DNA of 64,000 nucleotides from Methanobacteriota archaeon (GTDB taxonomy: Archaea > Thermoplasmatota > Poseidoniia > Poseidoniales > Poseidoniaceae): NCBI GenBank assembly GCA_018650165.1, contig JABIGM010000024.1, positions 2,192-66,191 on the forward strand, given 5' to 3'. The position numbers and the translations under genes are program-made. The notes under the pieces were generated by a model. That model was not told the DNA's origin. It saw only the letters and a program-made list of their open reading frames with translations, and did no database searches. Positions 16,363-25,600 of this stretch are shown here, one piece after another (the first letter of the stretch is position 1; the number at the start of each line of letters is the position of its first letter).

Positions 16363-17390
16363 ACATTCTTAAGAGTCATTATTTCAGTAACTCTAGCAGT
16401 CCACAATTTTGCGCCATTTTCATCACTAATGGATGCACATAGGGCAGCTAACATTGCATCTTCCACTTCCTCTGGCGATGATAGTAAATCTGAAAACAAC
16501 TCTTCTTTTTCAAGACGCTTTGCAAGCATGACTAGAGCACGTAAATCAGGCCTTTCATCACCAGAATATCCTTCCAATGTGTTTTCAACACACCACTCAA
16601 GAACTCCGGATATATCATCTGGATGTACTTTCAATACGGGGGCTTCATCACCCAATGAGAGAGGCTTTGCATCAACGATTTGATCCGCGAATTTATCAGC
16701 CTGTTCGTCAATAAAACCAGATGAAATTTCTACGAAAATCGCACCTGATTCAACCGCAAGGTCACTTTGTTTTGCTATCATAGCATGGGCATGTGCGTTG
16801 AATGCACACCTTGCAGCATCGAACATCTGTCCGAATGCCATGTGGATTCTTGCTGCCTGCAATCTAGAAATAGCAATTGTTTCATTTGCATGTCCAGCGT
16901 GACGAGAAATTTCGCCATGCACATGTAATGCCATCATGGGCTCATCGATTGCGATGTGAAAAGCTGCTTTGTTTAGAAGTGCAATGTCGTGGTCACGGCT
17001 GGCCTTTGAAACAGACTTTAGGCGAGTTTCAGCCCAAGCTAAATCATCGCGTGCCGCATCATGACTTCCCAATTCAAAGTGAACTAGGCCGCGTTCCATT
17101 CGCAGTCTTCCCTCCAGAGAGAGATCTCTCGTTTCGGGGTTAGTTGCTATCTTAAGTGCGTCTTCTATAGAATCTAATGTTATCGTTCCATTCAAACGCA
17201 TCTTGACCAAATCAAGAACACTTTTTTCTGCAATAGTTAGTTTGTCATTCAAAAATCCGACAATGTCACTTTCTAGTACTAAACCAAGTTCAGCAACACC
17301 TAGCCAACTAGTCCATCCCATTTTGTCCAAGAGATGGTCAAGTTCTCTTTCGCCATTTTCAAAGGCTGTAACAATTTCTTCCGGATTCAA
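16359..17390 (-). CDS. hypothetical alpha-helical repeat (TPR-like) protein, last gene of the exosome-superoperon string
   Basis: The first codon, TTG (17388-17390), overlaps the DHH stop TGA (17387-17389). Helical repeats include GLVHFELGSHDAARDDLAWAETRL. The start codon is uncertain; the next in-frame ATG is 23 codons downstream. Confidence 0.5.
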   Translation of the reverse strand: MNPEEIVTAFENGERELDHLLDKMGWTSWLGVAELGLVLESDIVGFLNDKLTIAEKSVLDLVKMRLNGTITLDSIEDALKIATNPETRDLSLEGRLRMERGLVHFELGSHDAARDDLAWAETRLKSVSKASRDHDIALLNKAAFHIAIDEPMMALHVHGEISRHAGHANETIAISRLQAARIHMAFGQMFDAARCAFNAHAHAMIAKQSDLAVESGAIFVEISSGFIDEQADKFADQIVDAKPLSLGDEAPVLKVHPDDISGVLEWCVENTLEGYSGDERPDLRALVMLAKRLEKEELFSDLLSSPEEVEDAMLAALCASISDENGAKLWTARVTEIMTLKNV

Positions 17391-18364
17391 TTTTCAGTCC
17401 TCCTTGTTTTTGCTAGAATATTGATGAAGGCTGTTTCGCCTGCAATACGGTCACACTTACCGCTCCAGCCGGCTGCACCATCGTGCCCTCCTCCTTCACC
17501 GCCCATCTTCTCTGCTAATTCCTGCATCATTTTACCTAGGTGAATCCCAGAAATTGTAGAAGATCGAGGTGCTCTGGCAGTTAGTCGAGTTTCTCCGTCT
17601 CGGTTACGTGAGACCAATGCTACTTCGGCTCCTGCTTGCACCAATAATCCTGCAACACGGCCTTCGAGTATTCCTGCGTAAGTATGTACCAGATTCCATT
17701 GTCCTGATTCGATTGATTGGCATCGAGTTAAGGCTTTTACAATAGCTCCTCTGTCGCTGGCATTCATAGTTTCAGTTTGTATGCTTTCTACAAATTCTTG
17801 ATACTCAAAATCTGCATTTTGCAACAGATTTGCTGCTGTTCTTAGAGACGATTCATCTGCATGACGGAATCTTCCAGTATCAGTGATGAGTCCTGCAAGT
17901 AATAGTTTGCGAACTTCGTTGGTCAGTGTTTCAGGTGAGTGTTTTTCCAAGTACTCAAAAATCATCTGAGTCGTTGCCCTGGCGTTTCCTCTTAGTTCGA
18001 GATCTCCTAGCCCAAATTCCCATTCACATGTATCATGGTGGTCGATTACACAAATGGGAATACCTTCCGGGATTTTTACTCCAGTTTGAGATTCAGCAGC
18101 AGCATCTACGATTATTATGCCACCGAGTTTAGATGGCCAAGTGGGATTTTCAGATAATTTCCTAAAAGGGGCCTGTAATTCCTCGCACAAACGACTTGCT
18201 AAACGCCCTACGTGCAATCCACATGCAAGTAGTCCAGGATTAGATGCTGCTAGTGATATTGCAGAGCCAATCGTATCCATGTCACCATTTCTTCCAGCGA
18301 GTACAGGTACAGCACCGCGAGATGTGGCTTCAGCAATCCAGCTTGCTAGATCATCCAAGTTCAT
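17387..18364 (-). CDS. DHH/DHHA1 family phosphoesterase (NrnA-like size, 325 aa)
   Basis: Motif I is GDMDTIGSA, the DHH motif is VIDHHD, and the DHHA1 motif is GGEGGGHDGAAGW. The ATG overlaps the pfdB stop as ATGA at 18361-18364. Confidence 0.8.
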   Translation of the reverse strand: MNLDDLASWIAEATSRGAVPVLAGRNGDMDTIGSAISLAASNPGLLACGLHVGRLASRLCEELQAPFRKLSENPTWPSKLGGIIIVDAAAESQTGVKIPEGIPICVIDHHDTCEWEFGLGDLELRGNARATTQMIFEYLEKHSPETLTNEVRKLLLAGLITDTGRFRHADESSLRTAANLLQNADFEYQEFVESIQTETMNASDRGAIVKALTRCQSIESGQWNLVHTYAGILEGRVAGLLVQAGAEVALVSRNRDGETRLTARAPRSSTISGIHLGKMMQELAEKMGGEGGGHDGAAGWSGKCDRIAGETAFINILAKTRRTEN

Positions 18365-18669
18365 CCCTCGAGTGATTGCTTTAATTTTTCATATGTTGAA
18401 ACCAGTTCAGCCTCACGCTGACCCATTGTCGCAACAGCAGCCTTCATTTGAACAAGTGTTGATTCTAGGTCTTCGAGTAATTGATTTCGATCATCAACTT
18501 CGATTAGAACTGTACCCATTTGTCGGTGTAGAGCCATATCTTTAGGTTGGTTTTTCACTGCAGTAACAGTACCTTCCAATTCACGTAATTGAGCATTAAG
18601 TGATGCGACTTGCTGCCTGGCAGATTGCACTTCGGCAACCACCATCTGTAATTGTTGTGCGGCTTCCAT
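18361..18669 (-). CDS. pfdB: prefoldin beta subunit
   Basis: At 102 aa it has two coiled-coil arms flanking a beta-hairpin core (...ALHRQMGTVLIEVDDRN...). The SD GAGGTGA lies upstream. Its position in the exosome superoperon is conserved. Confidence 0.85.
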   Translation of the reverse strand: MEAAQQLQMVVAEVQSARQQVASLNAQLRELEGTVTAVKNQPKDMALHRQMGTVLIEVDDRNQLLEDLESTLVQMKAAVATMGQREAELVSTYEKLKQSLEG

Positions 18670-18693
18670 GTTGTCACCTCAGGGGTAGGGGGT

Positions 18694-18900
18694 TCAAGAA
18701 TCCATTACTTCTATTACGCGATTTGCAATAACCAAAGAGCGCATTCGAGTATTCCACATTGCTCGAGCATCTTTTGCTCTGGGCTCACTTAGGGTGAATG
18801 AAATATTGTTGCCTTGCACGACAACAGATTCTTCACTAGCTAAACTAGCCGCAAGCGATACGGCATTAGGTGAATCCACCGAAAGGCGGACATACCACAA
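18694..18900 (-). CDS. KEOPS subunit Pcc1-like small protein
   Basis: It is 68 aa (...AVSLAASLASEESVVVQGNNISFTLSEPRAKDARAMWNTRMRSLVIANRVIEVM), which resembles the Pcc1/CTAG fold pattern. Pcc1 (COG2892) occupies this slot in the archaeal superoperon. The start is TTG, 5 nt after the SD GGAGTGAT. Confidence 0.5.
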   Translation of the reverse strand: MWYVRLSVDSPNAVSLAASLASEESVVVQGNNISFTLSEPRAKDARAMWNTRMRSLVIANRVIEVMDS

Positions 18901-18906
18901 AAAGAA

Positions 18907-19266
18907 TCACTCCTCTTCGTCGATTTCACCAGCAGCAAGTGCACGCTCGTATTCGATTGCAGCTTGCTGGGCGATGAAAGCCATGTCTGCTGTTGTTGCA
19001 CCGTCTGCGTTACGGCGAATGATTCTGTTATTTGCATCAGATGCACGGGTGTATGGTTCCCATGCGCCACCAGCAAAGGTGTGTCCACATTTTCCACATG
19101 CCCAAATTCCAACGGACTTGCGACTTACCTTGCGGTACTGGCAAACTGGGCAGGTATATTTGGCTGATTTCTTAGCCAATGCCATGCCTGCGTTACGTCG
19201 AACGCTAACACCATATCTTGCTCCGAATCGACCGGTTGCGCCAGCCTTCTGGGTTCGCTTTGCCAT
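18907..19266 (-). CDS. rpl37ae: 50S ribosomal protein eL43 (L37Ae) with an extended acidic C-terminus ending in EEE
   Basis: MAKRTQKAGATGRFGARYGVSVRR...YTCPVCQYRKVSRKSVGIWACGKCGHTFAGGAW is canonical. The track start at 19272 is TTG. The ATG at 19266 lies 7 nt after the SD AGGAGG. Confidence 0.93.
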   Translation of the reverse strand: MAKRTQKAGATGRFGARYGVSVRRNAGMALAKKSAKYTCPVCQYRKVSRKSVGIWACGKCGHTFAGGAWEPYTRASDANNRIIRRNADGATTADMAFIAQQAAIEYERALAAGEIDEEE

Positions 19267-19268
19267 GT

Positions 19269-20051
19269 TCAAGCCTCCTTTGAGTTGACCAGTTCTGCGA
19301 GTTCGGCGCAGCGTTGCTGTGCCACTCCTAGTATCTCGTCGAATTCCGCCGGCGTGAAAGTTCCCTTTAACCCCTTCTGAAGTGAATGCAGGTGACCCTC
19401 GTCTCCTAGAGTAACGTGAATTCTTTCATCGCCACCTAATTCTTCCTCATCATTAGCATCGAGAACATAGCGTCCACCAACACGAGTGAAAGAACACATT
19501 GTAGGGGTCATTGAGACCGCCAACGGATAGTCTTCTCCGATATCGAATTTTTCAGCAGGAACAGTTGCAGTTCGTAGTGCTGCAATGGCTCCAAGAGCAC
19601 ACGCATCGAAGATGTTACCTTTGTCAGATAGTACGTGAATATCTATCATTACTCCAAGAACTTTCTCTCCAGGAATAATACATAGAGCATCCATATCAAT
19701 ACAACCTGACTCTCTAATTCCACGGTCCACAACACGGCCAAGTTCAATAGATTCTGGCGAGGGAGGTCCCGGTTCATACTTCCTTCCAGCGATTGGTCGA
19801 AGTTCTGCTCCACACATTAGAGAACCCTGAGTTGGTCTGTCCGGCCAAGGTGTTCTCATTTCGAATTTGACGCCAGCATAGATGATGGTGTCGCCCCAAG
19901 TTACCTTGGCACTACCTTCTGCATTGTATAGGCAATCAGTCTCAAGAGTAATGTCACGAGATTCCCAACGGCCACGGCCATCGATTCTCTGATCATTATC
20001 AGCGAGAGTTGCAAGTTCTTGACGTAGTAGACTAGGTACTAGTGCAACCAT
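19269..20051 (-). CDS. rrp42: exosome complex subunit Rrp42 (RNase PH-like, non-catalytic)
   Basis: RIDGRGRWESRDITLETD...AEGSAKVTWGDTIIYAGV has the RNase PH fold pattern. It follows rrp41, and the ATG at 20051 overlaps the rrp41 stop (TGATG). Confidence 0.9.
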   Translation of the reverse strand: MVALVPSLLRQELATLADNDQRIDGRGRWESRDITLETDCLYNAEGSAKVTWGDTIIYAGVKFEMRTPWPDRPTQGSLMCGAELRPIAGRKYEPGPPSPESIELGRVVDRGIRESGCIDMDALCIIPGEKVLGVMIDIHVLSDKGNIFDACALGAIAALRTATVPAEKFDIGEDYPLAVSMTPTMCSFTRVGGRYVLDANDEEELGGDERIHVTLGDEGHLHSLQKGLKGTFTPAEFDEILGVAQQRCAELAELVNSKEA

Positions 20052-20788
20052 CAAGCCTCACCTCCATTCTTTTCTGTATATCTGCGCTTGAGAGCATCTA
20101 CCATTAGTACATGAATTTCTCTTGCAGCCTTCAAGTTGTATTCCATACAAGTATTGTATTCTTCAACCGATAGGTCGCCATCCATCTGAAGGAAGGCGAT
20201 TTCACCGGTAGTTGGTAGAATTCCCATTGGAAGGTCTGCTTGACCGTAGTTATCTTCTGCTTTATCGAGGTCGAGAACAACTGTGTCTTCGATCTTACCA
20301 CTTGCAACTCCAACAATCAAGTCACGCATTGGAATTCCAGCATCAGCAAGTGCTACAGCCGCAGCAGTAATTCCTACACAACGTGTACCAGCTTCTGCAG
20401 CTAGAATCTCAATTTCAACTCGAATCTTTGAACGAGGGAATCTTTCAACGAGAACTACACTTTCAAGTGCTTCTGCGGTAACTTTGCTAATTTCACGAGA
20501 GCGTCGATTAAATCCAGGTCGGATTCTATCGCTTGTAGAGAACGGTGCCATGTTGTATCGTACATCGATAACAGCACGGTCTTGGCGCTGAATCTTACGA
20601 GGGTGCGCTTCCATTGGCCCGTATACTGCACAAACAGCAACGTTGAGGCCATGCTTTACCCAAGCAGAGCCTTCAGCAGCCGGTAAAACGCCTGCCTCAA
20701 TTTGTACTTCTCTCATTTCATCGACTTTGCGACCATCTAGTCGCAAACCATCCTCACGTAGTAACTTAACATCTCCGTATCCGCCCAT
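20051..20788 (-). CDS. rrp41: exosome complex exonuclease Rrp41 (RNase PH family)
   Basis: RLDGRKVDEMREVQIEAGVLPAAEGSAWVKHGLNVAVCAVYGP, APFSTSDR and GTRCVGITAAAVALADAGIPMRDL fit the family. The start overlaps the rrp4 stop (TAATG). Confidence 0.93.
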   Translation of the reverse strand: MGGYGDVKLLREDGLRLDGRKVDEMREVQIEAGVLPAAEGSAWVKHGLNVAVCAVYGPMEAHPRKIQRQDRAVIDVRYNMAPFSTSDRIRPGFNRRSREISKVTAEALESVVLVERFPRSKIRVEIEILAAEAGTRCVGITAAAVALADAGIPMRDLIVGVASGKIEDTVVLDLDKAEDNYGQADLPMGILPTTGEIAFLQMDGDLSVEEYNTCMEYNLKAAREIHVLMVDALKRRYTEKNGGEA

Positions 20789-21474
20789 TAGGCATTCCTC
20801 CTTTCTTCGATTAGTGCTTCCATAGAAGCACTGAATGTGGCCTTGTGGCCTTCGTTACGTACCAAATCGAGTACAGTACGCATGAATGCGATTCCATCCG
20901 AGTCGCCGTCGACCCAGACTCGTCCGTTTTCTGCTACAATAATGCGGCAGTCACTTGCTTCCTTTAGTTGACGAAGTGTTGAATCTCCGTCACCTCGTAA
21001 GCGAGAAATATGATTCATTGATATTTCAGACATAATTCCTTCTTTTAGTCTGCGAAGGCCAACTCCTTTCATTGTAAGTACAACATTGTGTGCTTCATCA
21101 ACTTCTTGGACTCTTGCTAACATAATGTCACCAATATCCATTTGTTCACGGGCTGCCCCGAACTCTACTTTCCAAGGTGCTAATGACATTGGTAGTAATC
21201 CATTGAATGGACCGTTGACATCTGCAAACCACAAATTGTTGCGCACACTTTCAACCACTCCGATGATTAAATCCCCAGAACGTGGCATGTATGCTGCGTG
21301 AATAGGATCTACTGATGTGACCCCATTGAATTCTTTAGCCCACCCGACTCGGGTTGCTATGATGTTGTCGCCCATGATTAGGGTTCCAGTTCCTGCTCGT
21401 GCACCTGACGAGGCCCCGATGGCCTCTCCAGGAGTCACGAGGCGCAGCTCGGCGCCTTTTTTTGCTCCTGACAT
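20788..21474 (-). CDS. rrp4: exosome complex RNA-binding subunit Rrp4 (N-terminal domain, S1 and KH)
   Basis: VTPGEAIG, an S1-like GDLIIGVVESVRNNLWFADVNG and a KH-like RIIVAENGRVWVDG are present. The track start at 21540 is GTG overlapping the SBDS stop. The ATG at 21474 (MSGAKKG...) has a TAGGAG SD; either start is possible. Confidence 0.87.
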   Translation of the reverse strand: MSGAKKGAELRLVTPGEAIGASSGARAGTGTLIMGDNIIATRVGWAKEFNGVTSVDPIHAAYMPRSGDLIIGVVESVRNNLWFADVNGPFNGLLPMSLAPWKVEFGAAREQMDIGDIMLARVQEVDEAHNVVLTMKGVGLRRLKEGIMSEISMNHISRLRGDGDSTLRQLKEASDCRIIVAENGRVWVDGDSDGIAFMRTVLDLVRNEGHKATFSASMEALIEERRNA

Positions 21475-21536
21475 TTCTTTCTCTCCTAGTCCGGCGACCC
21501 GCCATCCCATGATAAAGCAGACGCTTGATGCAAAAC

Positions 21537-22223
21537 TCACAACTCTTTGGCTTCTGAGTTGCTGTCAACGCCTTTTACCTTACCAATCAGTCCACTTGCC
21601 AGACCAGGTGGGCATTCAATAATACATGCCCAATCACCGTTTGATAGCCACTCTTCTTTGTCGAGATAAGGCCTTAGTAATCTCCCAGCACCACCATACC
21701 CGGAACTTGATATTCTGAAGGCAATTCTAACCGGCTCAAAAGATAGAGGAATAAGAGGCTTCAATGCATTAATTGCATCTTTGACTTGAACATCCAACCG
21801 CTTGAAAGGGTCAACCGAAAACCGGCATTCATCTAGGGCTAACTCAATACGAGTTTTTGGATGAGGAGTTTTTGCTTTCGGGTCAATTGCAGTCGAATGG
21901 ATCTCTTGTATTATCAGTTGGCGTTTTTGCTCAACCATGTCTTTACGCTGATTTGTCGTTAATTGGATGCTACCTTTTTCAATGATCATTGCTGCTATTT
22001 CACTAATGTCCTGAGTTCCAAAAGTTGAATCAATGGCATCTTCAGTAGGGCGATCTCCACCTCTAGCATCATGCCATACCTCGTCGGTTGCAAGAAAATC
22101 ATTGATATCTACTTTCGCAGCATCGCTTCGAAAAGCATCGACTAAGTCTGGGTCAACCAGTATTTCGTAGCGTTTACCGCCATGCTCCCACCGTGCCAAG
22201 ACCGCTTTGTCTAGGCTTACCAT
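21537..22223 (-). CDS. SBDS/Sdo1-family ribosome maturation protein
   Basis: VLARWEHGGKRYEILVDPDLVDAFR and the rest fit the SBDS N-terminal FYSH domain. The ATG at 22223 lies 7 nt after GGAGTGAT; the track start at 22235 is GTG. Confidence 0.87.
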   Translation of the reverse strand: MVSLDKAVLARWEHGGKRYEILVDPDLVDAFRSDAAKVDINDFLATDEVWHDARGGDRPTEDAIDSTFGTQDISEIAAMIIEKGSIQLTTNQRKDMVEQKRQLIIQEIHSTAIDPKAKTPHPKTRIELALDECRFSVDPFKRLDVQVKDAINALKPLIPLSFEPVRIAFRISSSGYGGAGRLLRPYLDKEEWLSNGDWACIIECPPGLASGLIGKVKGVDSNSEAKEL

Positions 22224-22231
22224 GTTGAGAA

Positions 22232-22954
22232 TCACTCCTCAAGTGGCTTGAGACGGTCGATTTGCTTGTTTACTTCGGCACGGTCAAGAACTCTGTAACC
22301 ATCGCCATCGATTACAGTTACTTCAACAGCGTCACGGTTTAGTTCTTGGTCGTTTGAATTCCTTAGTGCTTCAAGGCCGAGTTTCATTGCAGAGTTAAGA
22401 GTCATATTTTCTTTCCAATTCTTTTCGAAATATTCGATTACAGTGTTTCTTCCACTTCCAATTGCACCTGCATGGTATGATTGGTAAGCTCCTGAAGGGT
22501 CTGTTTCGAATAGGTGGATTCCATTTTGGTCTACGCCACCGATTAGCAGTGCAGTTCCAAACGGACGTGAACCCCCATACTGAGTGAATGATTGTTTGAA
22601 ATCACAAAGTTTCTTTGCGAGAATATCGACTGGCACAGAAGCCGCATAAGTGATTCGATTTATTTGAGCCTCAACACGAGCACGAGCAACAAGTTGGCGT
22701 GCATCAGCTACTAAGCCACTAGTCGCAACGCCAATATGACCGTCTACTTTGAACATCTTTTCGATAGATTCAGGAATAATTAATCGGCTTGCAATACGTT
22801 TGTCACAGACCAGTACAACCCCGTCTCTGAATTTCAATCCTGCAGTTGTTGTACCTCTTTTTACACTCTCTCGTGCATACTCCACTTGGAATAATCTTCC
22901 ATCTGGGCTGAATGTGGTAATTCCGTGGTCATATCCTCTTCCGCTTGGTTGCAT
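22232..22954 (-). CDS. psmA: proteasome alpha subunit
   Basis: YDHGITTFSPDGRLFQVEYA is the canonical alpha-subunit N-terminus. Also present is GSRPFGTALLIGGVD. Confidence 0.95.
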   Translation of the reverse strand: MQPSGRGYDHGITTFSPDGRLFQVEYARESVKRGTTTAGLKFRDGVVLVCDKRIASRLIIPESIEKMFKVDGHIGVATSGLVADARQLVARARVEAQINRITYAASVPVDILAKKLCDFKQSFTQYGGSRPFGTALLIGGVDQNGIHLFETDPSGAYQSYHAGAIGSGRNTVIEYFEKNWKENMTLNSAMKLGLEALRNSNDQELNRDAVEVTVIDGDGYRVLDRAEVNKQIDRLKPLEE

Positions 22955-23016
22955 AGGCTCTACCTCAGATGCTGGTCGGGTCGGGGTCTTATCAACCTTG
23001 GCGGAATGGGAGGTCT

Positions 23017-23664
23017 GTGAAGGTCGCAGTTCTATCTAGTGGCGGCAAAGACAGTAGCGCGGCTATTTGGTGGGCTCAGTGTAAAGGATGGGATATCACC
23101 CATCTCGTTACAATGATTGTAGAAGGTACCGATTCATGGATGTTTCAGATTCCTGGAACAAATCTCGTGGAGGAGCAAGCTAAACTCTGCAATTACCAAT
23201 GGGTATCGGTGAAGACGCAGGGTGTTCAAGAAAAAGAAGTAGAGGATTTGGAGCATGCCTTGCAAAAATTGAGCATAGATGGTATTGTATCAGGAGCCAT
23301 ACGCTCCGACTATCAAAAGACCCGGCTCGAGAGAATGTGTGAAAGATTAGAAATTAAATCATTTACACCACTTTGGCATCAATCAAGTGAATCCCATATG
23401 ACTGGTCTAGTTGAAAACGGATTCAAAGTTATGATCACAGGGGTTTCAACTGAAGGGCTGAATCAGGAATGGTTAGGGCATACCATTACCAGAGGTTCTC
23501 TCGAAAAATTATCATCTCTTGCAGCGAAATATAGATTTAATGTAGATGGGGAAGGTGGCGAATATGAAACACTTGTAACCGCTGGCCCCCATATGAATGG
23601 TGAGTTAAATTTGGAATATGAAATTCATTGGGATGGAGTTAGAGGCCATCTATCTTTCACATAA
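23017..23664 (+). CDS. diphthine-ammonia ligase (Dph6 / MJ0570-type adenine-nucleotide alpha-hydrolase)
   Basis: KVAVLSSGGKDSS is a PP-loop. GAIRSDYQKTRLERMCERL, TPLW and VDGEGGEYETLV are also present. GTG at 23017, just after GGGAGGT, gives (M)KVAVLSSGGKDS. The track ATG at 22969 would leave only 14 nt to the divergent psmA. Confidence 0.75.
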   Translation: MKVAVLSSGGKDSSAAIWWAQCKGWDITHLVTMIVEGTDSWMFQIPGTNLVEEQAKLCNYQWVSVKTQGVQEKEVEDLEHALQKLSIDGIVSGAIRSDYQKTRLERMCERLEIKSFTPLWHQSSESHMTGLVENGFKVMITGVSTEGLNQEWLGHTITRGSLEKLSSLAAKYRFNVDGEGGEYETLVTAGPHMNGELNLEYEIHWDGVRGHLSFT

Positions 23665-23697
23665 TTTGGCTTAGAATTAAAATCGATTAGACACGGA

Positions 23698-25080
23698 ATG
23701 TTCATGTCCTCTGCTCAGAGGGACACACACATGGCATTCTGCCCACTAGATTACCGATATGGCTGTCAGGACTTCAAAGAGATATGGTCTGAGCTAGGTC
23801 GGCACCAACGCCAACTGGAAGTTGAAAGAGCTCTTGTTTGGGCTCACAAGGAGATGGGAAAGGTGTCCCCGGAAGATTACGCTAAGGTTGCTCAGATAGC
23901 AAAACCTAGTGTTGTCACCAAGGAAAGAGTCTCTGAGATTGAAGCCGAAACTCGACATGATATCATGGCTCTAACTAAAGCAATGACTGAAGCAGCAGGC
24001 GAAGCAGGCTGGTGTATCCATTTAGGGGCAACTTCGAATGACATTGTAGATACAGCAGTTGGAATTCAACTTAGAGACTCAATTATTCTTCTTCGTGAGC
24101 AATTATGTAACTTGATTGACGTTACAGCGACACTTGCTGAAAAGGAACGTAATACTGTAATGCTTGGAAGAACTCATGGACAAGCTGCAGTTCCAATCAC
24201 ATTTGGTCTGAAAGTTGCAGTTTGGCTCGACGAAATGCGTCGACAATTAGTCCGTTTAGATGAGGCTACTCCTCGAATAGCAGTGGGCAAGTTCTTGGGA
24301 GCTGTCGGTACTGGTGCTGCCCAAGGCGATGGTGCAAGGGAACTTCAACGCCTGATTTTGACACATTTAGGACTTCAGGTTCCGCTTGCAACAACTCAAG
24401 TCGTTGGACGAGACAGATATGTCGAGTATGTTTCTTGGCTTGCGAATGTGGCTTGTACGTGTGAGAAAGTTTTGCAGGAAATACGTAATCTCCAGCGATC
24501 TGAGATTGCAGAAGCCGGTGAAGGATTCGATGTAAAGAAGCAAGTTGGCTCATCTACTATGGCGCATAAGAAAAATCCAATTAAATCTGAAAATGCTTCA
24601 GGCCTTGCAAGAATTGTTCGTTCATTCATTATTCCGACTTACGAAAATGCATTGTTGTGGCACGAAAGAGACTTGGCGAATTCAAGCAGTGAAAGATTCA
24701 CTCTTTCTCATGGTTCTGCGCTTTGTGAGGATGTAATTGCCAAAACTGCAAATGTACTGACTAATCTTTGGGTTGACAGTGATAGAATGCTTGCTAACAT
24801 TGCTAGCCAGAAGGGACTTGTGATGGCTGAAAAGGTAATGATTGAGTTAGTTGGGCATGGAATCGGTCGTGATGAGGCTCATGAAATCTTACGCACAGCA
24901 TCATTTACAGCGATTGAAAATGGCGAGGAATTAATTGACGTATGTGCAAGGACACCAGCCGTAGCGGCAGCATTCAGTGCTGAAGACTTGGAAGAGATGT
25001 TTGACCCAGCAAACCATATCGGTGTTTCTGGAGAAATTGTTGATGAAGCAGTCGAAATAGCCCGTGCCGCTATTCAGTGA
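23698..25080 (+). CDS. purB: adenylosuccinate lyase
   Basis: CPLDYRYG, GATSNDIVDTA, MLGRTHGQAA and the signature GSSTMAHKKNP are present. Confidence 0.93.
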   Translation: MFMSSAQRDTHMAFCPLDYRYGCQDFKEIWSELGRHQRQLEVERALVWAHKEMGKVSPEDYAKVAQIAKPSVVTKERVSEIEAETRHDIMALTKAMTEAAGEAGWCIHLGATSNDIVDTAVGIQLRDSIILLREQLCNLIDVTATLAEKERNTVMLGRTHGQAAVPITFGLKVAVWLDEMRRQLVRLDEATPRIAVGKFLGAVGTGAAQGDGARELQRLILTHLGLQVPLATTQVVGRDRYVEYVSWLANVACTCEKVLQEIRNLQRSEIAEAGEGFDVKKQVGSSTMAHKKNPIKSENASGLARIVRSFIIPTYENALLWHERDLANSSSERFTLSHGSALCEDVIAKTANVLTNLWVDSDRMLANIASQKGLVMAEKVMIELVGHGIGRDEAHEILRTASFTAIENGEELIDVCARTPAVAAAFSAEDLEEMFDPANHIGVSGEIVDEAVEIARAAIQ

Positions 25081-25600
25081 GTTCATTCTCAGTACTAGTG
25101 GCTTGATGCATCGAAATCCTGACCAGCGCCATCGCTATTAGCGCAGAAAGAGTGAAAGCAATACCTACCATCTCAGACATACTGTACCACAGTGCAATCA
25201 ATCCACTAAGTGAGATGTAGGCAACAACTTGGCATAAGGCTGAAGCCATCTTTAGTCGATCAAACATTTCATCATTAAGATCACCATCGTGCTCCATCAA
25301 AAATGTGTATATCAAAAAGTAAATTCCCTGAAACGGAATAGTGGCTGCGATTATTGTCAACGCAACTTCACGTACAAAATTGGGATTAGATTCTTGTTCT
25401 ATTCCTTGGAAAAGCATCACTGCAGTATTGGTACCAAGTAATGCGGCCATTATTGTCCAACGTTTGTCTTGGGAAGATGTTCGGCTTTCAACATTGACGG
25501 AACTATCATCCATATCATAGGCTAAAATGTCAAGGGTTTGTATATTGCCCCAAAATAGCGGTCTAGAGTGACAATTATTCAATAGAAAAATAGTTGCCAT
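25070..25600 (-). CDS. hypothetical membrane protein (about 4 hydrophobic helices)
   Basis: Hydrophobic segments are WTIMAALLGTNTAVMLF, VALTIIAATIPFQGIYFLIYTFL, ALCQVVAYISLSGLIALWY and VGIAFTLSALIAMALV. The ATG at 25600 overlaps the upstream stop (TGATG). Confidence 0.5.
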   Translation of the reverse strand: MATIFLLNNCHSRPLFWGNIQTLDILAYDMDDSSVNVESRTSSQDKRWTIMAALLGTNTAVMLFQGIEQESNPNFVREVALTIIAATIPFQGIYFLIYTFLMEHDGDLNDEMFDRLKMASALCQVVAYISLSGLIALWYSMSEMVGIAFTLSALIAMALVRISMHQATSTENELTE

